Shown here piece by piece: positions 27,301 through 30,101 of a DNA stretch of 64,000 bases. The stretch comes from Alphaproteobacteria bacterium. Lineage in GTDB: Bacteria > Pseudomonadota > Alphaproteobacteria > JAPOUT01 > G958296285. The position numbers and the translations under genes are program-made. The stretch spans positions 641,395-705,394 of the forward strand of contig CBDBUR010000001.1 in assembly GCA_965212115.1 (NCBI GenBank), read 5' to 3'. Position 1 is the stretch's first letter; every line of letters starts with the position of its first letter. The notes under the pieces are model-generated. The model saw nothing but the letters and a program-made list of their open reading frames with translations. It did not search any database and had not been told where the DNA came from.

Positions 27301-29967
27301 ATGACGCTGTGCGCGCAATGTCAAATCAGATCCCCCTGCCTCAGACTCGATCCCTGCGCTCAGTTCGATGTCATGGGCGTCGATTGTTGCAGCATTGCCG
27401 CTGATGCTAATCTCTTCATTCGAAAAAATGGAGAAATCTCCCATGCCAAAATTCAACGTGCCGCTTAAAACAGAGGCCCCGACATTCAACGTCAAGCTGC
27501 GATCTTGTCGGACCATCCAGCCCTGAATTTCCTGCGTTTGGCTGTCAGGCTGGACTAAAGTGATTTTGAGCGCGCCAACATTATCAGTTTGAAGACTTAC
27601 CTCATTTCTAAAATTGTTGGCACCTTGCCTGAGCTCCACAACACCAAAATTTTTAACTTTCAAGCTGCTTGTTTGTAGGCTTCTAATCACTCCTCTGCGG
27701 CGACTGCTGCCAGGTTCTTCTTTTGTGCTGTCATCGACAGCTGCCTCAAAAGTGAGCTTGCATGTCGTGCAACCCTCAAAAAACCCTAAATTCGCATTAT
27801 CGGGCCCAAAGTTCATGCCGAGTTCGTTCGTAGAAGAAAAAGTGAGATCATCATCGGCAATGATTCGGTTAAAATTTACCTGACGAGCATCAAAAAACAC
27901 CTCATCATTGGCAGCAAAGCGGCGCGCGCCTCCCTTAAAGCGAATTTCCCTCACGCCAAGGCCAAAAGTGATGCTTAGCGGCAAATCGGTGACATCCCCC
28001 CAGAATGTGATTCTGCCCTCAGAGCCGGTCAACTTGATGACTATGCTTACATCAGATCGCTTAGCTATTAAATTTATGAGCGGCGCATCAAACACAATCT
28101 CTTTTGCCGTGATCAAAAACAAACATGCATCAATGGAAGAAAGTGCAAAATTAGAAAAATCAATCTCTTCCTCATCTTGGAATGTGAGGACTCCTGCTAC
28201 AGTCAATTCCACATCTTCTAGACCTATGAGGCTTAAACCCGCAAGTCCGCTATTATTGACCGTCATATCGCCGACCGCGCTTGGCGGCGCAGACGGCGTC
28301 TCGCACGAAACGCAGACATAAGTTGGCGAAAAATTCACCGCGGCGCTAGTCTGGAAAAGCACATGAGACAGACTCTCCCGAACATGATTGAGACCAGGTG
28401 TCTTGTAATTGATGGCAACGTTGTTCGGCAGTGCCACAATTTTTGCAAGTTGGCTGGCTATGAAGGTGTTCGCTTCTAGCGTTAGTGTGTTGCTGCTGCT
28501 GCCTAAACTAATCAGGCTGTTAATCTCTATGATTCCCTCATTTTCTTCTATCCCCGCCTCCAATGTCAAATCGCCCGCCTGATATATAATGTCTGCATTC
28601 ACCGTGATGCGCTCGCGCGCCGCAATCATGACATTGCCGCTTAAATCATCGAACGATGAAACATTAATTTCCAGATCGACGCCAGCATCTCCTGTCGTGC
28701 CGAGAAAAGCATCATCAGCAGCAGCGATGGCAACTGCCCCTGTCGGCGAAATACCGCTTCCTGAAACAAAAGTCACAGTGGCCGGATCAAGCAGCAATGT
28801 CCCCGTCGCACCGACTTCAATTCCTGCGAGGTTGATCGCCGCTAGACTCTCCTTGCCTGAAACTTCGGCAAACCCGCCCGGCGCGTTGAGCTGGCCGTGA
28901 AACCATGTCGTTTCATCCGCCCAGACAATGATGCGGCCTTTATCTCCAGCGTCAAGCAGCGCGTCGTTCTCAACGAAGGTGCGCTGTGCTGTTTGCACTT
29001 CGCCCTGACCTTTATGATCGCCGCCCACAAGAACCTCCGGTGCTTTAAGCGCCGCGCCTCTTTTGACCAAAACATAGCGCCCGGTTGCTTGAACCTTCTC
29101 ATCGGCTTGAACATCGCCCGAAACTTCATTGACACCTTCATCACCTCCCGACAGATACACCACGCCGCCGCGCCGCTCGATCTTCGTCGCCTTGATAATT
29201 CCGCCAGCCGAAACGACATTCGCGCGAATCTCTTGTGCCTCTTGTGCCGAGAGCTTCACGATCCCGCCTTGCGCCTCAATTGTCCCTTGATTGACAAGCG
29301 CCGCGCCCGAAACCGCTTTCTTGACCTCAAACCCGACAAGCGCGCCTGCAAAATTTACCGTAAAGGCCTCACCCGCGCCCAGCGCGACATTACCGCCAGT
29401 GGCGGTGATCTTGCCAGTATTCTCAACCCGAATTGCCGCTAACACCACGCCACCTGCGTCTGCCTTGACGTTCCCATGGTTGACTATCGCGCCGCCTGCG
29501 CCATTCAACTGCCAGCTTGAGCCGCCCACGCCAGAAAGGCGCGCGCTTGTCGCCAAAAGGCCGCCAACATTGACAACAGCACCTTGACTAAACTGAATGC
29601 CGTTCTGATTTTCTATAATTGTGATGCCGTTGGAAATGTAGCTTCCGGCGATGTTCGTGGCCCCCGCGCCTTCGACGCGAACAAGAAGTCGTGAGGTGGA
29701 GCGCGGCTGATGCGCTTGCACACTCTCGTGGCTGGCGATGTTAAAGCTCGACCATTGGGTTGCCAGAAAATCGCTGTTTTGATGAATATCAGTCCGTGTG
29801 CCGGAATGCTCGATGCGGCCCTGCCCTTGCGTGATCCGCCCGCCCTGCGGCGCAGCGCCCACCGCTGTGCCCAGCGTCAGCGTCATCACAACCGCGCTTA
29901 AAGACGATAAAAACTTTATACGATTATTATATATATTATATAAGGACAAGAAGCTCAAACTCCCCAC
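4144..29967 (-). CDS. giant two-partner-secretion exoprotein (TpsA / filamentous-haemagglutinin-like adhesin), 8,607 aa
   Basis: Single uninterrupted 25.8 kb ORF. N-terminus: a candidate signal peptide (..RIKFLSSLSAVVMTLTLGTAVGAAP), then a TPS secretion domain (QGGRITQGQGRIEHSG..DIHQNSDFLATQWSSFNIA..NGITIIENQNGIQFSQGAVVNVGGLLATSA..). The remainder is Gly/Thr/Ala/Leu/Asn-rich, Cys-poor beta-helix-type repeats of the kind xLTLxAxGxIxIxxxIxxG. GTG start at 29967, with a possible alternative ATG at 29886. TAA stop at 4144-4146. Confidence 0.85.
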   Translation of the reverse strand: MGSLSFLSLYNIYNNRIKFLSSLSAVVMTLTLGTAVGAAPQGGRITQGQGRIEHSGTRTDIHQNSDFLATQWSSFNIASHESVQAHQPRSTSRLLVRVEGAGATNIAGSYISNGITIIENQNGIQFSQGAVVNVGGLLATSARLSGVGGSSWQLNGAGGAIVNHGNVKADAGGVVLAAIRVENTGKITATGGNVALGAGEAFTVNFAGALVGFEVKKAVSGAALVNQGTIEAQGGIVKLSAQEAQEIRANVVSAGGIIKATKIERRGGVVYLSGGDEGVNEVSGDVQADEKVQATGRYVLVKRGAALKAPEVLVGGDHKGQGEVQTAQRTFVENDALLDAGDKGRIIVWADETTWFHGQLNAPGGFAEVSGKESLAAINLAGIEVGATGTLLLDPATVTFVSGSGISPTGAVAIAAADDAFLGTTGDAGVDLEINVSSFDDLSGNVMIAARERITVNADIIYQAGDLTLEAGIEENEGIIEINSLISLGSSSNTLTLEANTFIASQLAKIVALPNNVAINYKTPGLNHVRESLSHVLFQTSAAVNFSPTYVCVSCETPSAPPSAVGDMTVNNSGLAGLSLIGLEDVELTVAGVLTFQDEEEIDFSNFALSSIDACLFLITAKEIVFDAPLINLIAKRSDVSIVIKLTGSEGRITFWGDVTDLPLSITFGLGVREIRFKGGARRFAANDEVFFDARQVNFNRIIADDDLTFSSTNELGMNFGPDNANLGFFEGCTTCKLTFEAAVDDSTKEEPGSSRRRGVIRSLQTSSLKVKNFGVVELRQGANNFRNEVSLQTDNVGALKITLVQPDSQTQEIQGWMVRQDRSLTLNVGASVLSGTLNFGMGDFSIFSNEEISISGNAATIDAHDIELSAGIESEAGGSDLTLRAQRHMSVGGINIASGNLTIEAGTTDPTGVITITNSPVTASSVRLEQSGGIFNPDDDHRIAAFKDQEDSLVVADVLYTGDETTQPPCEADTLPACTWFTLLPDPKYDIPADEKAADGSYVLPATLFPQGMLVREERITLAVGTGMLTFPDISGASTLTLDAPVINITAGTIAFAGSTTSLTIQSGSGTLNFMLNASIEVAGDLTINAGVAGTINLVGGGSAYTLLAGRELTLIASEIISDQNLNLTASSNDINLASNVDVGANALLLIAESSSSGCEDNSCRIRNSGAGERGYTLLGNIVSFRQNRQFNGTQLFAFDNGIKFVRTLDLFTVSAQTVWPWMVINDNGSSTLLTARGEITIGGLIGSTASGDKRGSLFLRSIGGSVNFTQRVNAEGGLEVGSIEIRGSLVLQGEVGGIVISTSEDVFLRGGRSVKLISPVSVTVNGADLEINTSSSGGADLIINGDIDLGIADTTDPSDIDATSLVLQTHISGSGKINSSGNYTLTADAIILRQGEAFSDDFPFTLASEGAKSPVLLIELNNAVAVQTLQTWMVEENRNLDIVMAHTNAKLIVDASLFPDLGINFGRGVVQLLLASASGGGANAQIEFRGKEDVRLFDGRGDPFVDESGNVVMGKAVRIKAGSFSLFKPATLDSASDSDLTIIVDGSITFANSSVDVGSNKLTLTADNDGNGSGGLSLSATMLTADEIVLTQSSAFESSGYSFASSVATLALTIIGSGVDQRIHPWMMGGISGTRALVLNNEDGSIRITHSGAVSDNSFDNGTGDITLNAATLSLDGDAADSSTSALLGGAITLTGALDERAAADRASGDKHLSIRAKGNLIINSHIRLKEDKKLRLEAGVDIRGEENGDSGSLVRVNTGSFMLANDVQLSGESIFLAQDGLFGDTALATITITGTAESYDLTNGTLVLRTDSSAAQPIHSWMTEFSGAINVIISAPKAVITETLAFANTGAGVILHFGEIIINVPDDEDAATPVSEHTLRITSNGSIRFGGELFTGGTQFFNDRDGTIIVNNGSLVVEANETIEVISDITVNDGGALTLTAGADDDTNHDIRAIAATMPTLSAASIFLSQDGDFDEREFNFQNADLLHLTTESSMFINSWMLEGNFNLKITSSAIGIYFDIDLGSRDFTLEVKNFFIKILSPNADTALPASLTLSAGNINLLGAFKSTADIPVEIVARGDLTIGGDILLVDELDVGNAALRLSAGHGDDSTGDILWADGATDATASTMPAMPTVTVKALSVSLSQDGSALASDPGPATFILSGSARPHGRGATSLDPATQTWFDDPAPLTYSTPADNTAERPGTNADYTIPAASFENGLLERSSSITLDVGTGTLTFPDLTSITLDAPTITIRAGTITIPSSNDSLTLTSSGGVLTLTLNASIEASGDLIVDAGAGTVVFTGGGGAYTLQAGGELTLDASQTTADQDLFLIALTGDINLNSDVDVGTNALAVVAEKENSTNCPSLSSSTGLCRIRNQDYENSSGSSGSHTLIARMVTLSQRRQFIAEQHFDFTDNDSTVTQLNLRTLTSQAAGGQPLHRWMMVDSAANTTLTAVNASIEINTSVVVDVNDLSSNLSLISEGGALNFHASFYIQKALILEGRMGGVSINGDQAIVANAGLTINSNISAAEGLSGIDLALGSELNNGFDIVINGNINMGSADGSDASSIVLRTHTSGGGRILSSMSSVTLTADEITLRQGQAFTAKDDAVNPFPFAFAREGVGSKPSLTINLNADVAAQTLHPWMTNGDVSGLALNMARNNSKLVIERDIMSASSLVLLPTSGNNSQLEFTGGAREIFLGSASVEASLQIGSGASITAVTGDLTIQVSGEIDINTANVGAHRLTLIADSHGDEISRVGFGSSALLTAGELVLSQRATFESPAPVMFAASVTSLTLTITSSDENQRLHGWMMRDGSNDRDIVLNNEGGSISISHIDTAPLDNGMGDITLNAATLSLDGNNSDGEMSVMSGGAITLTGVLDESGSTDKNSGRKSLSIKAKGNLTINSNITLNTEAANFLILEAGEGSGEGNFMLGSVTLTGIFVLLVQPGAFASTITSRIGTSTYSLGLLAGSDQIIHTDWLTFPISALVISAPSTTINADLAFVNPVLTQLHIDEINVMVPADAADNTLTISSMGELIFGHSLEGSGMSRDGTITVNGGSFVVEAANDISVYGNITVEDFIMSDPDNSNNMITKKGNLTLTADKDRDNNGKLVDIVSVTPTLSAASIFLSQADNYNESRVFDFGAEVDLVSFTVTNAAIFVRPWMIERDRSLTIKSETGAFFIGPSIVMTLSEIDIGSGNLTLEVSNINRVIGLLQFPGNTPLTSFTMSAGNIDLKGAFNNPFNIPVTISARGNLTIHGNINIGSGATNKLRLVADSDNIAGGDILWADSDDDMPKINPTTPSVTVTAFSVELAQNMPFAPDRASAPLGPATFVIASADAPLPQAVSHVGPTDAMTRIWLIVPPPGFYVIPAIGANEPTISGSLNRVDQNYDLPSGLFLNGALSRIDSITLDVGAGTLTFPDLAAITLDAPTISIMAGMVAFARTGGSSLTIQASGGTITLNADLNVSSDLIINTGASGTINFTGSGNRALSGAELTLIAGMITTINTNTETDEITDADINLTLEAKAGDVNLMSNANVGANALVIMAEARTCGSGTESCSIKNSGTQRTLTASEITLSQDLVFGSDQLFVLMTSDLSLKTDSAQTLQDWMVVANRNLTLEVDSTIASHALRIMAVSASDIGFTSSDLTLSAPGGIRLDALSGSSVSFVGKAITITGDISATSAIAMISLSSANAIKINDDVSFARAADTALLLKAGSSFASDATPTLIAEDIIIEQSMAFTSFFPFTLEASGLQIDLPASITAQTLQTWMVAAGRGLIINTADSSSSVITLDATLFADGVIDFGSGGLILSNTNTASEMRSIVFKGKDETRADVALIKIMAGDFMLNAPAVSDSSLAIETKDEITLNGSINVGTSGDGLMFLMSANDFIFADSAMLSADNITLTNNSSGFGKDGGPNFSSNVKTLKINVTESLSQRVWLWMLDKNANGGTGRDLTLTNMVGSIELAHEGGEMLDNGNGDITLNAMVDFGAGFISSASSGIADTIILEGGEIRFKGGAIDFSGAANRNLTIRAKGNLIFESSVVFITLRDDGMTAPDTDLTLEAGVDTMDDGNNPIVNTGNIMLNVGGIGSQIGVLTARKITLAQDSAFTAASPATAFTDVSTLQLNARVDQTIYPAWMVVSDRNSIIIGLSATINTDLNAANTGDVSLMTSTININVSVDAADRTLTITGQNITISGETTVNGGSLVVNASRDLTVSGSVTVAEFSMEDGGGGGTTMQRGDLTLTAGILTGCTGPDSCDDDNISNGAPFPVTDDFVAPTLLASTISLSQDNAFGSDILFNFAAAVDFVSFTATTIPNSGFQGIYNWMIAVNRDLSITSNRRILITNSFDIGSGDLVLDVNGTAPIALMDDISNTVNLFTVQADNINFMSALKSTLGKKLIARARGDLTIGGNISLVADDGDIDDSNDVGNAALVLEAGFDDATGVSTGDIIWGSNITVTAFAANLAQDRSAFVEDPGPATFILNAGRLPVVTGRALGDIAERAWFHDLTILSATYTHPEDNPNVDVLIETKDSIILDVGSRTLTFADGDGNTNIILSSAAITINAGAINLGNNPGLEIIAQGARLTMRLDSALDISGSAGGALRISAANLMVIGVAPSIKAKTLTLNAPRITTVEGGDLTLEATEGLLTLAGNVDVGAGALVMRARATVSTCGSDSASACGVISNGGTTRELSGSVITLEQNAVFAFDVFTLGAATNSLILDTQAAQMVYAWMLVDGLGLSLTSAASITLSDNIMAGEQGVALSAPTIALSGTSAITLSGAAVSLAANAITYAGQSIVIEATAGTITTTDLDSDNADGNVPTLTAASLTFTQTSGAFGSARLFNFGNLDIALDIALVLSVTAAQEVQAWLSTNNDIANAPLTSDLSITCASCPIMVGGNLTRSAGVITLGGRRVVLTAPMTGTSSSLVAATVTLSADRVDLTGDITTTTAANLVIVVDGAVDATTPANNSTIKINGDIDLGDGDLTLSAAVSGTFIEIIGAVRQLRATDITITSAITRSDGANLTITAANDLTVDDIAIGDGELTLEGGGDTAIAFRSGVEIEAAQVLLIQQQALFGPSAPATFTLPTDVLPLVFYRGEADQTDHAWFELVDLIAEEIALIPGGSFVAPSELRASERIELNAGSGVLSFAGDGEIVIEASEISIIAGSVSIGSRALTIMADGELTLGGALGVISAGVLSISAQSVSFNRNLRLTATVGALSLSGDFVAGNPSRHNLTLSAPAAATTTPVVFAGGSINFTGATSIDANNVSLLAVGQPTAPSEAIMVAIRARRALLIDADINVGRAGGVLSLRTVNFESNRNTNFGSGRTLTALSLEFMSDQPFVRSPASTLTVGSLSLLYGGRSRQDLLAWMVVLGRGLSLEVGGQLNVAASALDFGTGALELVAGQNTNRRTRNRNITFATGASTTITASSITLTNTAVATVNLGTRGLTLTASGAINLNTNLSAATLALTAGMGTTTGAIEFDASRAVVLTSGGALTLTSDTAPASRAQSLTLMSGILFGSSSPFVGHASTSASDLEFITTASGSQAVQAWMPTLATSSGSDFVLRAAGDVTLSGARDFGSGAVTLEAGNGNDTGVVNFDATVSTASSLIGGAITLTGDAAPTVSNNALTVTASGDLNINTDINVGTGDLALTAGSGTNNEGSINFNSSRPTTLTAAALTLVANAAPEPSDADLTLSVATLNLGALIDVGRGALTLGGVVPTYTGSAGLVAGSLEALTLGALDTSANNYDLTFAADSLTITGNIDVGTGSLSLTSRRGAIMFTASTPGATLTLSGGMITLRQQASFGSGALGAVLSARAGVSFISTGTSNQTLHATLLAPVSSDSSSFIVRVVSVNRSVVVSAESVAVGSRSLVLEGNNIVFGSAATEILAADITLTTGSRGGISTNRRAVTLTATGNILLNTSIGLDSRGRLDTRAGNLTLAAVGGIDFDAQRSITLNGGVVRLTAGAVDLASDNMGAALIRARGGLTLTGSFGTGEGNLSLIAGGALNFGGGTASDTTVRNGAVVLSGSVITLTGGANPTASNQALTVTATGNLTINTNIDTGAAGDLTLASGGALQFRTNRATQLSGDNIMLTSSSLPRAGRQSLTVSAQRDLVVNASLHTGASTSRSRAGVLTLRAGVASSVGVGGLSFATSAPVELTGRNIIFESDGDASVSMAGSHNLTIRAFTNLEISSDLRLGSMSGDEMSSVLSLRARTIEVAGDRVMAADQIIVRQDGSLFTDQQPASFVSGELRVIATGNQRYYAWMGSVMDRSLWLESTGGNIILDAAIDLGAGSLTLRAASRRRLIILETAADRFVGADITLVSSGTITTGGRDLTIAATGDLRIDASVNAGTGQVALSGATLVFGGATRVVNGGEIMLTGRGAPASASNRSLTVRARNDLTVLGHLNAGTGSLTLIGGLNTRVGRTTQVNAGSLYLGVSSAGDSVETVLNGLNIVLIGDAGGTSRASTESVSVVARRGLSVSTDILTSGDLVLSAGAGLGSRDMGVLQLRRDAATRLTGAMIELSADPRRGALPAASNQDLTVEASGDLTLAAHLNAGTGDVVLTAGGTILLSTARDVEVRGDDVQLQGGAASPASGRRLRVIALGDIEVGVDLDTGTGDLVLTAGTGTTRVGRRRVGNIGVINFAGARLLTGDVITLTGDTVRDEAGAVEMPSASDALLRVVALRGLRVNTHMNAGSGNLMLEAGAGTGTRETGVLSFGSGAVLSGADIILTSDGALPGRGSNGNLTIVASGTMTLSANLNLGRGTLDLSAGSNTIEGSNTVLSVGTLRLRQAAGFGASNPFMNIRLNTGGVEFISASSASQTLHEWMVSLVSDRRTSRRRHLTVRTGGDLVVDRDVVLGGRDLVLVAGDGSTTGALNFMAATGETRRLEGNNVNLLSDKGAATPAAGINNFDITIRALSGDLTIGARVNAGAGDLTLSASARRRTGRIMWSSDQASSLSGAAISLTSSRDLLDQPSGQDLTVTGTGAVSIATSIDVGAGNLMVSTTGGAISFGRSRTTSLRGTNIALTSNVTTIAEASAEAGSGRSLTITALGTLQVSAALNLVRRVSRRSVLRGNLVLTAGIGEVLSSSAPGSSLSAGRISLAQASVFVTSNRFGVVTLPSGGTLELVSTSSSALVVQPWMVSAVSAQHLIIRAVGDVNVGVSIELASARNLTLEAGMGDGSGAINFTGSSALTLIGNDVSLTAGLAVDGGVKAPAPFGQDLTITAGGNLLVHADIDAGAGALSLTAGTATRSARSGQIRFSPDRLVTLTGSALELTADRRPSVEGRGVGLRRATVWEEAVASDPFNVATNVGQLEFITTATAAQGVQAWMVSRANSSGSALAVRGAGDVVVANDLIYGRGLILEAGYNGGTGAITFGTVDADMVRALEGSEVTLLSTRASSPSGFALRIRARGDLTVGADLTGDGALTLEAGFGTRRVRVRGRTRSVANDGALTLTGARTLSGSSVTLTGDLAPEQSAGVVSITALTGDVNVNSDINAGSNNISLTASAGAINFNSSRLTVLTGGALSLTATSSPAASSGQTLRLVSSSVWAAASATNPFKTTTTTSVGQIEFVTTSTSDQTVHDWMVTLATSSGDAGLGVRARGNVVVGSSLALGAGDLTLEAGRGTMAMMMTNEMGEQVEVQVRNPGLINFTGPAPLVLSGGDIILDAHGAVSSPFGQNLTITAQGDLEVNADISTSGVLGLTAGASTVAGETGELRFDGQGSRAVVLRANSFMVAGDGVSNVMSGLGLRLISMLPFEAANFTNFEPNVAELEFNALSSSSQPVGAWMVVSGARLVVRASGDLSVSGNLVLVSTDLRGLRSNGRSLILEAGYDVPDSGTSNSGTINFIETVELDAETIMLFGDGPTATGLAGDVVVRTSFDLTIGAHLNSGTGNLRLEAGFGTRRARVGRRTRTLANNGDVVLTGTRTLGGAGINLLGNAVMAEALTVEASGDLTIGTNIEATGDLVLTADRVRFSGSRTLRGENISLRSTGDLETHRRRENVTVRARGNLTLNGPLTSGRGNLTLEAGASETVETMMDGMAVTNVEENFGVITVGTALATELRGVSVVLTADEFGSDGTTRLEPSVGTLAVSIIATGNLTVGTSLLTAGDLTLTASGSRSELRFSSTRSIDLSGAEVSMTSRRAPRRGSDQAVRVVSSGDLMVRALLNVGSGSVSFTAAGALDFPTRTRRGVTTPTLSITAGELSFSQGEVFDGTVPVIFRGGLTGLAVNYSGAGMQEVEGWMVRSGIDVEIVSSGVLVVGRNIDTGTGNLTLSAAGGLSFTGASGERFVRGNDIIVTSDSDSSGSEVVMSTVNLRIEGRGDVTINDAITVSGASSVLWITAGIDVTRTVRGRSVTELGSGGISATGSPTLTAGSIFLDQTEDFAVEDSFVLSSTAAVSIATRRSSLLTVRDWMIALNRDLSLSTEVFGDIIFASSSSGGTASYNFGTGSLTLGASGATRFTFTDGGVVNGSVMVDAMMIDVNGNIEAGVHNLELDASGALDFSADVVRLSARMLTLEAGSSSASSATNLFIAVTGGLSLSTSLTASGILGIDTGGAVPVFNGGATLSAASFDIDFHCVIPRCRIATPLVPSN
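12900..26880 (-). repeat. intragenic tandem repeats in gene 1: three full units of ~3.4-3.6 kb (~1,150-1,200 aa) and a degenerate fourth
   Basis: The landmark GTLTFPD (mirror frame RSGKVSVP) recurs at ~26875, ~23255, ~19715 and, degenerate as TLTFADGDG, at ~16340. Each unit also carries a paired-Cys loop ending C[RS]I[RKS]N, at 26461-26500, ~22830-22900, ~19260-19330 and ~15910-15975. Mirror-strand track ORFs recur at the same spacing: 24791 / 21152 / 17702, 24086 / 20762, and 26675 / 23090 / 19238 / 15872. Confidence 0.75.
28775..29862 (-). other. signal peptide plus TPS (haemagglutination-activity) secretion domain and conserved N-terminal extension of gene 1
   Basis: Residues ~35-400 of gene 1 align with the N-terminus of gene 2 at roughly 75-80% identity by eye, down to the shared LLLDP (about 28790-28805). 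The NQNGIQF and VVNVGGLLATSA motifs are characteristic of TpsA domains. Similarity between the two genes ends abruptly after LLLDP. Confidence 0.8.
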
Positions 29968-29987
29968 CTCTCTCGATCCCTATTTTG

Positions 29988-30016
29988 ACTATAGCCGTTA
30001 TTGATCGCCGAGTCAA
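29988..30016 (-). promoter_or_regulatory. candidate sigma70-type promoter for gene 1 in the 134-bp gap between genes 2 and 1
   Basis: On the minus strand, -35 TTGACT (plus 30011-30016), a 17-nt spacer, then -10 TATAGT (plus 29988-29993). The predicted transcription start is ~13-20 nt upstream of the GTG at 29967. The surrounding intergenic sequence is AT-rich. Confidence 0.35.
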
Positions 30017-30101
30017 AGAAAATGTAAAAACTTGAATTTTCTAAAAGACAAAAAAATGATTTCATAAAGTTCAAACTCCAAACAATTCAGCGCGCTACGA
30101 C

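Noticed and set aside
4144-29967. Autotransporter (T5aSS) or RTX/T1SS adhesin instead of TpsA
   Set aside because: The N-terminal TPS domain is clear-cut. The C-termini end in a short Cys-containing tail without a beta-barrel-length domain or terminal aromatic residue, and there are no GGxGxD nonapeptide repeats.
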